DNA from: Marsupella aquatica
Taxonomy: Eukaryota > Plantae > Marchantiophyta
Assembly: GCA_973895155.1 (NCBI GenBank)
Contig: OZ316894.1
Coordinates: 16,848,216-16,912,215 of the forward strand
Direction: 5' to 3'
Length of the DNA stretch: 64,000 nucleotides
The position numbers were made by a program, and so were the translations under genes. The notes under the pieces were generated by a model, which had not been told where the DNA came from, ran no database searches, and was given only the letters and a program-made list of their open reading frames with translations. Positions 13,857 to 27,142 of this stretch are shown here, in pieces. Numbering within the stretch: the first letter of the stretch is position 1; every line of letters starts with the position of its first letter.

Positions 13857-15296
13857 GAGTTGTAGATGAATGAGTATAATAAATCAGGTCTGTCTACACA
13901 AACAGATTCTTGCCATGATGAATGTTACATTTGTCTTGTGTGGTTGCACATGCAATTTTGCTCGTTCGAATGCTTTCACATTGCAATGGGCTGTGACATT
14001 TCAATTCATTCATCCACCCATCATTCAGGCCTTCGCCAAATCACTTCCCAACACCCCATCCCATAAGTGAATTGCTTGTAAATGGCAAAAGGTTTTTTCC
14101 GTTTGTCAAATTGTACGAAAGCAAGCATTTCATGCTCTTGTTTGTGCAGATTTCAGCAAACAACTTCACTGAAATTTAAAATCAACTAAAGTTCACCCAT
14201 TAAGTGTGATGACTACAAAACAAGTTTGGACCCAAAAATTTCTGAACTAAAATTCTCTCGATCAGCTGCAATGTGTGGGCTTCAAGCTACAAAATTGGAC
14301 TCGGGCACTCAAAATTTGTGAAGTCCATCGATTCTCCTGGATGGAAGCAACTCTAAGGCAAAGGAAACTGCCAGCATACTCCATCGATTAGCCGTCCATC
14401 GATTAGCTCTTTTCTGCTTCCTTTGGGCTAGTTGCAGCCTCTTCCTCCTCTAGCTGCTGGATCATTTGCATATTTTAGCAACTCTGCTCACCTCCTCCTC
14501 AAGTGCTATTAGGTCCTGCTGAATAGCAGGCTCATCCATAGGTGAATCAGCCAGTCCTGGCATCCTTTGCTGCTCAGCTCCACTCCCCATCGGACATTTG
14601 TGCTCATCATGTTGCCTTCCCTGGTCAGTTACAACAGAAGGAGCCAAATCAACTTGTTTCTTAGCAAAGGTCACTCGCTTTGGAGGCATGGCTCCGAAGG
14701 AGCAAATAGCAAGATGAATCGCCCTCTGATTCACTATCATGTATATTGAGAATGCTCGGAGGCCAGAGGAGGACAAGGAGGAAGAAGGAAACAACCAAAC
14801 ACTTCTAGCAGAATGAGAAAGAGCAAGGGGGAGACAAGCAATATAGGCGATGAATGTCTTCCAACACCAAGTGAGAAGGAATCGCACTAGGAACGATGTT
14901 GAAAGTTGTGCCTCAGCCACATCTGCAACTCCCATGCCCACACTCGTGACGCTCACGTGCATTTTGAAGTACACACGAGCCATTCCAGGCTGATGTGACT
15001 TGTCCATAATGAATTACAAGGTGCGAGAGACATTATTGCTGATGTGACCTGCCTGTTGTCCAATGTGGTCCTTGAAACTACAATGAATTTTCAAAAATAC
15101 CAAGTACTCAATTCATAGCATTCAATTGCAATTATAAATACCGACTGAAACACAAACTCATTCTCACATAAACTGCACTTGGAAACCCACATTGATATGG
15201 AAATGAACAATTAAAATGCCAAAAAGTATTTCTCAAATTTCACTTCCTCAATTGAAGAGGCAAATACAAAGTTTGTTGCAATCCAAGCCAAAAGCA

Positions 15297-16714
15297 CTAC
15301 ATGTTTTGTCTTAGCTCATGGTCAATTTCTGCAAGCATGGATGTAAATCCATAGGAGCGTTGTGGATTTGTTGTTGGAGTATCAGGCACAAATGGTGTTG
15401 GACCATGTTGTGAGTTCCAACTACTAAAATTCAATGGTGGGCTCACATTGCTCTCCACATTGTCAGTTGCTACCCTAACACGTACGATGGGTAGTCTCAA
15501 GAGAGACATTCTCTGCAAGTGGAGTTGGGGGCAAAGTTCTAGCTGCAACTCGCCTGGCAGCCACATACCTCAAGAGCTCTTTCTTCTTTCTCCTCCTCCC
15601 TCTACAGTTTCAATAGGGCAAATTTTCATTTCCTTCTGTCTACTCTTGATGAAGTATTCTTGACAGTCCTCATCGATGTCACAAAGTCTGAGACTGAACA
15701 AATTTTGTCTCTCTTGTAATTCTGCAAGCTTCAACTGCCTGACATTGATTTACGCCATGTCTCTTTGTGCATAGGCAGCCATTTGGGAGCTACGTTCATC
15801 AACTTTTTGCTTCTTTGCAGCCTTGTTGCCAAGTGGCCTTTGATCACCAAAATGGGTACTCTCTTGATCAAGCTCTCCAATGCTTTGCCTTCGACCTTGC
15901 TCATTCTGAACCAGCTCTCCACCACCCTCTGCACCCGCCTCTGCATTTGGAGCCTCATTCTCTTTGTCATCAGGGAAACCCCTTCCCTTGCCCTTATGCT
16001 TCCTAGCTCTTTTTTGTGCAGCTTTCTACTTCATGTCATCCATAATCATTGCAAATCTGGGACAATCTTTCAACAAATACCACTGATCAAGGTACATGAA
16101 ATCCTTTTCCTTTGGATGTTTTGTGACGTACAACTCCTTTGCCCTGGAAATAGTGTCTTCCTCATTCTCACCTGAATGATGTGCATCAACTATGTTTGCA
16201 TACGAGCCAGAAAACTTGGCAACATCGTGTTTCAAGTCGCTCCACATGCTCTCCAAAGATCAAAAATCCCTCTTCTATGTGTCCTTCGTTCAATTGTCAT
16301 TGTAGTGTACTGTTGTCTGATCCAACAAAGCTCCATTCTTCTGCCTGTATCCAATGATGGCGTCCTGCAATTTAACATGCAACCACGAACAAACCAACTG
16401 CTTCAACTCCGCTGGAGAGAAATTGTTGCCTCATGCTTTCGTCAACTTTGCCATTGTTGTGATTGAGACACGAGCCAAATGTGTTGTAGGGTCTCAATCA
16501 TGCACATTCTACAAAGGACGAGTACCTGTAGCAGCACAGTCACATGTAGTATGTCGTGTTGTTCACCACGAGGAATATGACACCCCACCCATGAAGCCAG
16601 AGCTGTCGGTTTCTCCAAAGATGCACATCTGTAGGCTGTTGGATTCGGATGGAGTGTTTGAGAGGGCCAGGCTAGCGCGCGGCAGAATACTGCACGGGAG
16701 GTCTCTTTTGGCAA
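15297..16714 (-). pseudogene. Pong ORF1-like Myb / NAM-associated DNA-binding protein
   Basis: Manual translation NFSPAELKQLVCSWLHVKLQDAIIGYRQK ... SLESMWSDLKHDVAKFSGSY ... HSGENEEDTISRAKELY ... WYLLKDCPRF matches the Pong ORF1 pattern. In-frame stops are present; ends are approximate. Confidence 0.8.
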
Positions 16715-16949
16715 GCTGGGATTGTGGTTTCCAAAATGGCGTATTCTGGTGGGGATACTAAATTCACCTGCGTGGGCTTCGCGGCGGTAAACCCTACACT
16801 GTGTGCCTGTTTACCGCATCCGGTGGGGATACTCTTTAGTAGTTAAGGTTAAGGACATAAAAAGTTATGACATGTCAAATTCATGATCCATAACTTTTTG
16901 TCATAAAGATTGGGTCATTAACTTCTATAATAAAACGTTGCGATCTTTT

Positions 16950-17362
16950 ATAGAGTGGTAGTCTTTCAAATTTTCAGTGCCCCCCCCCAAAAAAAAACAA
17001 AAAGAGAATCTAACCAACAAGAAGGAATAGCACAAAAAGGAAAATGAATATAGTGTGAATGAATTGGAGAGCACTATTTCCAAGCAAAAAGGAATCTAAT
17101 AATACAAAGTACATGGAGAGAGACTCTAGCAATGCACCAGGATCAAGGAGACCTCCTTTTATAGAGTGGTCATCTTTCAAATTTGCACTGCCCCCCCCCA
17201 AAAAAAAGGAAAGAATTTAACCAACAAAATAACACAAAAAGAAAAATGAATATAGTGTGAATGAATTGGAGTGCACTATTTCCAAGTAAAAAGGAATCTA
17301 ATAATACAAAGTACATGGAGAGAGACTCTAGCAATGCACCAGGATCAAGGAGACCTCCCTTT
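16950..17362 (+). repeat. Tandem duplication of ~205-210 bp
   Basis: Two copies of ATAGAGTGGT...CCAGGATCAAGGAGACCTCC, which explain the near-identical ORFs 17010-17201 and 17170-17367. Confidence 0.9.
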
Positions 17363-19510
17363 ACCATGTACCATTACAATACAGAACGAGTCCCTTTATA
17401 AACTTAAGAAAGTGAGAATCAATCTTGACCCTTCATCAAAATATTAACTTCTTCACACCATCAGATCTATCCATACACCCTTTCTAAAATAAGTTCCTGC
17501 CCAAACTACCCTTTAGCCTTCCCATACCTGTCACAATGAAATACTTAATTAGAAACTAATTCAATTTCATTCACATATAGATAATTTAGTAGTGGTTGTG
17601 AAGAAAAAAGGCCCTCGTTGTGGACTATTTTATGATAAATAATTGATTTATAGATTGAAGTGAAATAAACATAACGATTGAATTAAATGAGTAAAGTGTT
17701 ATTTATTTATAATTTTCCACAAAACTTAATTGAAATAATATTAAATTATTTTATGATTGTATTGGGCACATGGCAAAATTTGGTTGATCATCTAAAGTTA
17801 TTAGTGTTAAGTGCGATGATATAGGATTTGTATAGATGAATTTTGTTGCTTTGAAGAACACATCTATTTTTCAATCTTTCTACTGGAGATTCTATTTGTA
17901 ATTTTTCTTCTTGAGTTGAAGGTTTAAAGTAGTAACAACTCAGAATCAATTTTTTGACACCAAAACAGTGAGCATTATACAAAGATAAAGTGTTGTGCAA
18001 GTAAAAATTGATATTTTAAAACTCTCCATTCTAGTTAGGACAGTCCTTCCCAGCAAGTCCGATGATCACACTTGGGCATAATAGAAGGTGGGCAAGTGAG
18101 TGGGTCTTCATTAAAACGGGGTATAGAAATGGAAATAATACAGAAAAGTACAGTATGTCCAAGCACCAGATTCACAAGGATATAGATATACTGCCAAGTC
18201 AGTTACTCCATCAAAATGCACAGAATATTTTTAAACTTTGCACGTCAACTCTCTTTGGAGGGTAAACCAGGATTGACTCATTGTCTTCTCCCAACACATG
18301 ATGTTGTGTTCCAAAATTGAATTTTTTTTGTTTCCATGAGCAAAACTTATTTCATTCTGGCGCTGTGTTTTGATGACATTGTAATTTGAATACAATCCCA
18401 CAGGAAGAAGAAGAGAAATGTAGCAGCTGCAAGAAGAGTACAATTGGTTAAATTCTAGCTTATTTGGTATTACAAGGGAAAGCCAAGCTCTTTGGGTTGG
18501 TTGTGTAATTGTGGATATTAATTCCAGGAATTCAAGCCAAATTGGAAGCTAAGCATAAGCAGTGATGGATATATCAGTAATAGATCCACTACCCAAGACA
18601 ATATACTTTAGACTCTGGAAATAATTTGAATGATGGAAAACCTTAACTCTCTTTTTAATTATGTGAATTGCAACAATAAGGATTTCTGTCTTTGGAAGGA
18701 GATAATGCAGAACCAACAATCACAAATGATAAGGAGTAGGACAGCCTTTGACTAATTACTAGGTCCGAGGACCAAAACACACCTGAAATCGAGCAAAGAA
18801 AGAGCATAATAAGGAGCCCCCAAAGTTTAGTTCTCTTCTACCACAATACCAAACGTTTGTGTCCATCCTACTCCTAGCTAGCTTGCACTTCAAAAAAAAG
18901 GAAGAAAGGCCAACCTGGCAACTCCAGATTAGCACTTAAGAAGAGCAAAGACATGACTTTGTGGTAGCTCACTTGAGTAGAAACTGATAGGTCTTGGGTT
19001 CAACTATTGTAACTGACTTTTTCCTTTTCTATGGATCGAGTTTCATAGATTTCCCTTCAAACAAATAAAAAAGAATGAAAAAAAGAGCCCACTATGACAT
19101 TATCGCTGAGCCAGCTTGATGTTCTCATTCTTATTAGCCAGAATGTGAAGCTCAAATCTCACCTCCACGTCTCACTGAGCCAAACTCTTTTCTATCTAGC
19201 ATGGCATCCATGGAATTTACACAATTCCCACCCTGTCATTGTCAAATATCATAATTTGCAATCTTTTTTAGATAAATACTACAATGCCACCTTTTTTTAT
19301 TGTCATGGGTTAACTTAGAGCTGGTTATCGAGCAGAGACCTCAGCCCTAAGATTGTCACGTACATTGGATAATTGGATGGTTTCCATTGGCCTCAGATAA
19401 AGTTCAGACTACTGGTTTATTAGGGCAGGGTTTTGCCCTCCCTGCGGAGTCCACCCCCAACCTTGCCTCACTATTTCCCCAGTGCCCTCCTCCGCCCTCA
19501 AGGTAGGCAT

Positions 19511-19960
19511 CCCCCTGACCCCAGTGTGGACTTGTCTGACAAATAAGGGGTCTGGACCTCGACAAATGACATTAGTCACACCCGACCTGTCCTGGCCCCA
19601 ACCCCAACCCCCGGCCCCAGCTCACACCCCGCCCTGATCTGGCTCCGGCCTGGCCCGACCCGCCCACACCCCGCCCCAAACCTGACCAGCCCCGGCCCCC
19701 GCCTGTGCCGCCCCGCCCCGCCCCTGACCCCAAACCAGGGGGCCGGCTCACTAACCGGGGGAGTCCGGGACCGGACCGGGAGGGGGTCGGGAAAGTTTGG
19801 GACCGGGCCGGGAGAGGGTCAGGAAAGTTCGGGGCCGGCCGGGGAATATTGGAAAATATGCGACAAATGACCCCTTTTGGAGCCACAGCCGACAAATGAC
19901 GTCGGACACGACAACTTGTTCTGTCCGACAATACTACAACTTGTCCGTCAGTTCAAACGG
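19511..19960. mobile_element. Small non-autonomous element or end fragment related to the adjacent 12-kb element
   Basis: Begins CCCCCTG, has repeated GACAAATGA motifs and a C-rich then G-rich core. Positions ~19820-19870 are an inverted homologue of ~20144-20190. Confidence 0.5.
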
Positions 19961-20164
19961 CCCCTGGCGCACTGTCCTTCAAGGGTGATGATTTTCCTAC
20001 GTGAAGGAGAATTGTAGGCCATTTTTTCACCAAACCACAGGGTCACTCAGGGCACAGGACATCCTGCACCCGGTTTGATGTGACGGGCAACTTGCCGAGT
20101 TGCCCGGCACGTAAACTTATCATTTGCCGGCCTGAATTACCCTCATTTGACGCATATTCGCCGT

Positions 20165-21005
20165 TATTCCCCGGCCCGGCCCGAACTTCTCCCGGCCCGA
20201 CCCTAACTCTTCCCGGCCTCTTCCCGGACTCGGCCCAGCCCCTCCCCTACCTCTTGTCACCCGGACCCGGCCCCGACTTTACATCCCGGCCCGGCTCGGG
20301 TGAGGAGGCCTGGCCCGGGTGAAGCGAGGCCCTAGACGAGGGAGGCCCGGCCCGGGTGGAGGGAGGCTTGGATGGGGGAGGGAGGGATGCCCGGCCCGGG
20401 TGAAGGGAGGCCCGGGTGGAGGAGGGAGGGAGGCCCGGCCCGAGTGAAGGGAGGTCCGAGAGGAGGGTGGAGGGAGGCCCGGCCCGGGTGGAGGGAGGGC
20501 CCGGGTGGAGGAGGGAGGGAGGCCCGGCCCAGGTGAAGGGTGGCCCGGGAGGAGGGAGGCCCGGCCCGGGTGGAGGGAGGCCCGGGTGGAGCGAGGAGGG
20601 AGGCCCAGCCCGGGTGAAGGGAGGCCCAGGAGGAGGGAGGAGGGAGGCCCGGCCCGGGTGAAGGGAGGAGGGAGGCCCGGCCCGGGTGAAGGGAGGCCCG
20701 GCCCGGGTGAAGGGAGGCCCGGGAGGAGGGTGGAGGGAGGCCCAGCCCAGGTGAAGGATGGCCCGGGAGGAGGGAGGAGGGAGGCCCGGCCCGGGTGGAG
20801 GGAGGCCCGGGAGGAGGGAGGAGGGAGGAGAAGGGCCCGGCCCGGGTGGAGGGAGGCCCAGGTGGAGCGAGGAGGGAGGCCCAGGGGAGGGAGGAGGGAG
20901 GCCCGGGAGGAGGGAGGAGGGAGGCCCGGCCCGGGTGAAGGGAGGCCCGGGTGGAGGGAGGAGGGAGTCCGGGTGGAGGGAGGGAGGCTGGCGGCTCGGC
21001 CCGGG
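20165..21005 (+). repeat. GC-rich left subterminal repeat array (GGAGGCCCGGCCCGGGTG[AG]AGG units)
   Basis: C-rich tract, then many degenerate G-rich units, ending immediately before TTATAAAG. Confidence 0.9.
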
Positions 21006-21176
21006 TTATAAAGTTGTGGATAAACCCGATTGGGGTAAGGATATCTGCTAATTTTGGGGTGGTATGGATTTCTCGCTTATCTAGTATGTCGACCCCGCTA
21101 AATAAAGAACGTGTCTCCATTATAAATTGTATAAAACCTTGAGTTTTTTTCTTTAGACCAAAGGTAGAGCACTCTA

Positions 21177-23498
21177 TGTAAGGAGGGATGTGACGCCAAT
21201 GACATGGTCCTTATTTTGTAATCTGATTAAGTAGGTTGCTGTATGCAAGGAGTAGCTATTGATATTACATAACAATTAGCAAGATGGCAAGAATAAGGGC
21301 AATCATGGCGTTAAGAGTAGGGAAATAAAAACTATGTCGCGGGTGGTCGACGACCATATCTCTTTCAATATGTCACCAAATCCGGATCTGTAAAGGGCAT
21401 TGGAAAGATCTGGTCAAGGCGAGTAAAATCGATATAAAACACTTGGGAAATGGAGGTGTATTAAGAGAGATACGGCCTGATTAGTGTGACGGGTTAACTT
21501 ATGGCCGGAATTAGCAGATTCGGCTTCAGTTTTGGGTTAACCCAAGCTCGACCACGGCTTAGCTTATGTGAGCACGGCTTCAGCTTAGCTCAGGTAAGCA
21601 CGGCTTCAGCTTAGCTCAGGTGAGCACGGCTTCAGCTTAGCTCAGGTAAGCACGGCTTCAGCTTAGCTTAGGTCAGCACAGCTTCAGCTTAGGCTTAACC
21701 TAGGTTCGGATTAGATTGAACTCGGGTTAGCCTAAACTCGGGCTCAGGTTAGCATAGGTAAGCTCGGGTTCGGGCTCAGCTTAGGCTAGGTTAGCGGATA
21801 GCGGGTAGCGGCCTAACCCGAGACCACGGGTTAGCTCTACTCGGGTTAGATAGGATAGCTAGGTTAGCCGAACTCGGGTTAGCTATGTAACTCGGGTTAG
21901 CGCAGCAGTGAGTACCCCCCTCTCGGTTGCGGGGGCATAACTCTCTGTGTATTTGACCAAATCGGCTATAATTGACCTCGTTGGAAAGAGGAGCTCAAGC
22001 CGCTTCCAACGCTGCTATCCACGCAGCAAATGGTTGAATACAGAAATCGGGAGAGGAGGCGTAAGCTCGCGAAAACCATGGAGGAGGGCCAAATCCGAAG
22101 TACATAGCCAATTCGAGATAGAAATAAAGCTGCGAGTTAGGGTTCAGTAGTTAGAGATAGTGGCGGCTCTGTTAGGGCTGGGATGGGGCTCCAGCAGCGT
22201 AGTACCCAGCCATTTGGGCTCAATATGAGAGTATATAGAGCAGCCCCCCAGTAGAGATGGGGGGGGGACTTCAGTTGTGTGATCTCACTTAGACTGAGTA
22301 GCGGGGAGGAGCTCTGTGCAAGCAAGGCTGGACTTGGACGCTGCGTGTTGGGGAGAGCTTGGTTGTGCTATACTCAGGGAGTAATCAGCCAAGCTTCACA
22401 ACAACGGGTTGCTAGGTTTGCGAGCTGGATTGTGGCTCTTTCTAGTGGGCAGCACAACTGGGTTCTTTTCCCCCGATACAGAGCCTTGGTGATAGGTGAT
22501 GTATTGGTGATTGTAAACTGTGGGGAGGATTTCAATTCGATTTGCGGTGGGCACATTAGGGAGGCTGAGGTACTGATTAAGGGGCAGCAGGAGGAGCATT
22601 TACAGTTCAGTCTGGCAAGGCTACGTGACCCATGGGGAGTCCCGGCCTTTGTCTGGTGGAGAGCACTAAGGGATCTATGGCCAGAGCTGAGCTTGCAGGG
22701 CAAGCGTGAGGCCGGGCCTCATTGCAGTCTGGGGTAGATCGCCGTTAGGCCTGGTACCAGCTTTGAAGTCGAGTCAACTATGCATGCGTAACTTAACGTT
22801 CTGAATTGGAGGTGTGAGATCTGTATGTGCCCCCAAGAATGAAGTGCAGTGAAGGAGGTTGAGTTCAGGATTGAGCTTGCATGGCAAGCACGGGGCTTGC
22901 AGGGCAAGCACGTCACAATCTGGAGGAGACAGCCTTCGGCCCTAGTGTTCGGATCAAGTGTTCTCAGTGAACTATTGTGCACATCTTTGAATCTAATTGA
23001 GTTTTCCTCTCAGGCCTCATTTCTCTCATGGATGTGTGTGTGTGTGAGGCAATCTGAGTGTATGATGGAACTAGCAGCGCCACTGAGAGGTGTACCGGGT
23101 GCATTGAAGCGGGCTGGGTGAGGACTGTCATAGCTCTGATTGTTGAGAGTGGAATGGCAGAGTGGTGGGGCAATGGCTTAGAAGTCCCTAAGCCGGGAAT
23201 CAGTCAGGAGTCACTGGTTTATGGGTACATTCCGGCGGCGGAATAGAAACATACCTATGACAGTAAGCATATGTATAGACCTATGCGCACCGTAGCGCTA
23301 GGCCCTGTGTGTACGGGCCCGATATGAAGACCCCTTCTCACCAGAACTATCATGAGCGCAGATCTGATCCCCAACCTCGGTTCCTTGGGATTGAGCTTGG
23401 GTGATGTGTGATAGAGTCTTGCTATGATAGTCTGGTGTTAAGGGCATAAACTGGTGTTTATCGGCATTCACAACATCCCTTCGTGATCCTCAGGTACA
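21177..23498. mobile_element. Probable solo LTR or non-coding retroelement insertion inside the left arm of the large element
   Basis: ~2.3 kb non-coding block bounded by TGT (21177 or 21189) and ...GGTACA (23498), with internal tandem repeats and a TATA-like motif at ~22232. It has no counterpart in the right arm. The TSD is not resolved. Confidence 0.45.
21571..21692 (+). repeat. 26-bp minisatellite AGCACGGCTTCAGCTTAGCTCAGGT(A/G), ~4.5 copies
   Basis: Directly visible, followed by degenerate CTCGGGTTAG units to ~21900. Confidence 0.9.
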
Positions 23499-24035
23499 AG
23501 GAGATGGTTTTGGCACCCATAGTGACGTTTTTGGTGTTAAGACCCATGTCAATCGCGTGACAAAGGATAGAGAAGACTTTTGTGCGCGCGTGCTTGGAGG
23601 TTTTACTCGGCATGTGGTAATCCGCATAATAATTTTCTTGTTATCCCTTAACAATTTAGTGGTACTTGTGGGTATTGTGAAACAAATTTCGACAATGTTG
23701 ACATTCATGTACGCATGTTTGGAGCTAAGGCTTGACGTGTGATATTTTGCATGATTGTCACTAATTGTCTCATATATTTTCATTATATCAGCAAATGCTC
23801 ATTAAATTATAGATATCACATACGTCGAATAGGAATGTTAACAACCAAAAAACAAAAGAGAACCGCTGTGCGCATGTTTGGAGTTTGACTCGGTGTGTGA
23901 AATTTCACAGTAGTTTTTGTTCTCGTTTTATTGTTGTTACTTCAAAAGACTAACATATCATTGAAATTTTATTAAGTGACTATGTTTAGCGATGTATAAG
24001 AAGACACTTTGTGTGTAAAGTTCTTGTTTTTGATC

Positions 24036-26874
24036 ATGTCTTCCAAAGAAGATGAGTCGGGCAACTCATCAGCTCATTCTACTCCTGTTAGGCATGGTGG
24101 AAATCACAATCGAGATCGTAGTGCAAAATTTTCCCTAGTGTGGAAATATTTTGAACGATGTGATACGCCATCAGCATGTAATGATATTAATCGTATATAT
24201 CGAAGATGCAAATTTTGCAAGAAATATACAACGCATCATGCAACACGAGCAAAAGCACATTTGATGGGAAACATACACAAAGGAGATGTGCCACCTTGCA
24301 CAGGCTTGTATGGAGTTGTTGACTTAGATGACATCAATAGAGTGTACAATGTCATAAAGGTTGACCCATCCATAAAGTACAAACAAAGTGATGGAAGTCA
24401 TGTTGTGTTATCCATGAGAGGTTGTAGGTCATATAACCCATCTTCCAATTCGCAAGCATCAACTCAAGACTCAAATTTTGTTGATCTCGATGAGGATGGA
24501 AATATGAGTCATCAAAGTAGAGCATCAAATTTTGCAAACCCAATCATGGATGCTTATCAAATTCCAAATATAGCTCATTTGGATAAGCTGTGGGCTAAAG
24601 CTTTTTATTCAAGTGGTATTCCGTTCAATGTGTCGGAGAATCCCTTTTTCCGTGAAGCAGTCACAGAAACTTCAAAAGGGATTGTAAATGGATATTCTCT
24701 TCCGGGTATGCGAAATTTGCAAATGAAATTATTGGAAGAGGCTAGAGTTGATCTTACAAAGGACATGACAAAAACAATGAAGGAGGCGAAATCCTTTGGA
24801 TATTCCCTTTCATCTGATGGATGGGAAAATATCCGAAGGGAACCTTTGATGAATGTCATGTTGTTTAGTTCAAAAGGAGACTTCTTTTTGGATAGTTGGA
24901 ACGCTGCACAAGCCGACAAGGAAGATGGGAAGTATCTTGGTGACATGTGGTTAAAATACATAGATGACATTGGCGTCGATCACATCATATAAATTGTTAC
25001 CGATGGGGCGCCTGCAAATTGTGTAGCAGGTGAAGAGATAGTCATGAAAAAATATCCGCATGTGAAGTGGAGTTGGTGTGCTGTCCACGTGTTTAATTTG
25101 TTGCTAGAAGACATGTGTGGCCACAAGAATGTAGTGCTAGATGAGCAAAAAAAATCCATTCAAATTGATTTTTAAGCACTTGAGATGGATAGTTAAAGCA
25201 ATTACATCATCATAAAAGTTGTCTGCAATATTTGTGAGGAAATCTGGTTACAGGAAGTTGTTAAATCCAAATGCAACGAGATTTGCAACAAATTTTTTAA
25301 TGGCGCAGAGAACATTGGAGCTAAGAGGAGCTTTACAACAAATGGTCATTGATGATAAGTAGCAATCCTATCGTGATCGACTGCCAGTTCGACCAAAGTC
25401 ATAGGGGCATATGACGAGGGCAAAGGCAGACGAACTTAAATCGTGGATACAACAAGATACATTTTGGGCTCAAGTAAAATCTACAGTCACTTTTTTCCTT
25501 CCGTTGGTGAAGATGTTGCGGGAATTCGATGGAGTTTCACCATAGTCTCCTTGGCTATATTGGAGCTTGAAAAAAGGAATAGCTAAACTGAAGGGGTGTA
25601 CATTAGTAACGGATTACTTAAAACCAAAGATAATGAAAGTGTATATGGATCGATGAAAATCACTTACTACTGATTTCATGTTAGCAACAGCATATCTGAA
25701 TCCTCAATTTTTCTTCGATGAAGATGCGGCAGGAGATGCAAAACTATATAGAGGCTTCAATGACTACGTTCATAGATATGCAAAATACAAGGTGAAGGCA
25801 GGAATCAACCATGATCAAGATGTGACGACACTTATTTTTGACATCCAAATGCAGGCATTTGAGGCTCAATTTTTTTTGTCAAATTCATCGGTTGCAATCA
25901 GAGAAGCACAATCCAATATTGGGAAATTAAGTTCGGGAGAGTCGTGGCATTTGTATGGAGCTGATTACGCGGAGCTAAGATTGTTGGCCAGAAGAATCAC
26001 GCATCAACAAATGTGTGCATCTTCATGCAAACAAAATTGGAGTTCGTATGACTTTATCCATTCAAAAAGCCGTAACAGGTTGACCAATGATCGGGCAAAG
26101 GACTTGGTTTTTGTATTCACAAATTCGAGGGTGCAAAAAGGGCTCACGAAGGTGAGAAACCCTCATACGTCTATGTACAGACGATATGATGAAAAAACAA
26201 CAACAAATGATGGCCCGAGGCCTACTTCCATAGAAGGAGGTCACAATGAACAACATGGTGTACCATGTGCGGCTCTTGGAGAGGATGACGTGGAGGATTT
26301 TGATACAATTGATGACGCAGATGAGGCTTTGCAAGGATTGTCACTACACAATGATGGTGACATGTTGACTCGTATTCCACCAGATACTGAAATAAGTGAT
26401 GTCGGAGAATGGGAAGATGAAATAGATTTGATGATGTTTCTTACAATTGATGAGTCTCAAATTCAGGATGACGAGGACTACTCATTTGATGCAAACTTTG
26501 TAATGCCTTCCCAACCAAACCCATCATTCACATACCCAACATTGAATCTACAAAATGATGTCCAAGCAAGTACTTCCTACTTATTTCAACGACGAGATGC
26601 TGTGTCAGAGCTCTGTCCAGAGAGAACAACACCCAACTTTTTTGTGCAACCTGATGATGCACAGTGGGGACAACATGCTTCTCCAACACCAAATATGTAT
26701 GAAAGGCAGAACATGACAAATCCATACACATCAAACATACATGCTCGTGTTGATGCATTTCAAGAATATCATAACGCAGATCCGGTCCAATGGATGACAA
26801 GACAATATCAATTCGATCGACAGTTGCAAGAAAATGAGAACAATAACACAAGGCACTTTTCCTCACAACCTTGA
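24036..26874 (+). pseudogene. hAT-superfamily transposase: BED zinc finger + DUF659 + hAT C-terminal dimerisation domain + acidic tail
   Basis: VWKYF...CKFCKK...RAKAHL (BED); AFYSSGIPFNV.ENPFF, LSSDGW, IVTDG...N, WCAVHVFNLLLED (DUF659); NATRFATNF, YLNPQF, ASSCKQNWSSYDFIHSKSRNRL...KDLVFVFTN. Premature stops and a frameshift are present, and the expected CERNWS glutamate reads K. Confidence 0.92.
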
Positions 26875-27142
26875 CTTCTGTTTAGGTATTATATTTAGGC
26901 TAGTACTATACGACAAACTGTGATATACTATACCGGATTGTGCATGTCCTATGCAAGGAATACTATGTAATAAAATCTACGATACTAAACATTGTGTATG
27001 CAATCTAGTCAAATTGGTTCTTCCTATCTTGCATTTTTGCTTTCACTTCCGCCAGTTGCTGACGACGGCGATGGCGACAAATAGATCGCTGCATGTTATG
27101 CTCATCTATTATTGGTCGATTAGCCATTGCATATTCCTTCCA

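Larger units (their letters stand above)
12181..16834. mobile_element. PIF/Pong-type Harbinger DNA transposon (degenerate)
   Basis: TIRs GAGCATCCCCATTGG (12181) and CCGGTGGGGATACTC (ending 16834). Convergent transposase and Myb-like ORF1. The 3-bp TSD is not cleanly preserved. Confidence 0.85.

Noticed and set aside
18945-19025. SINE-like B box (GGTCTTGGGTTCAACT)
   Set aside because: The A box, tail and TSD are not convincing.
20332-21120. 262-aa Pro-rich ORF and overlapping Gly/Arg-rich ORFs
   Set aside because: They are translations of the GC-rich subterminal repeat and are open in several frames for compositional reasons.
23575-23910. Regularly spaced ~42-bp repeats resembling a CRISPR array
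   Set aside because: Eukaryotic context, only three degenerate copies, long spacers homologous to the other arm, and no cas genes.
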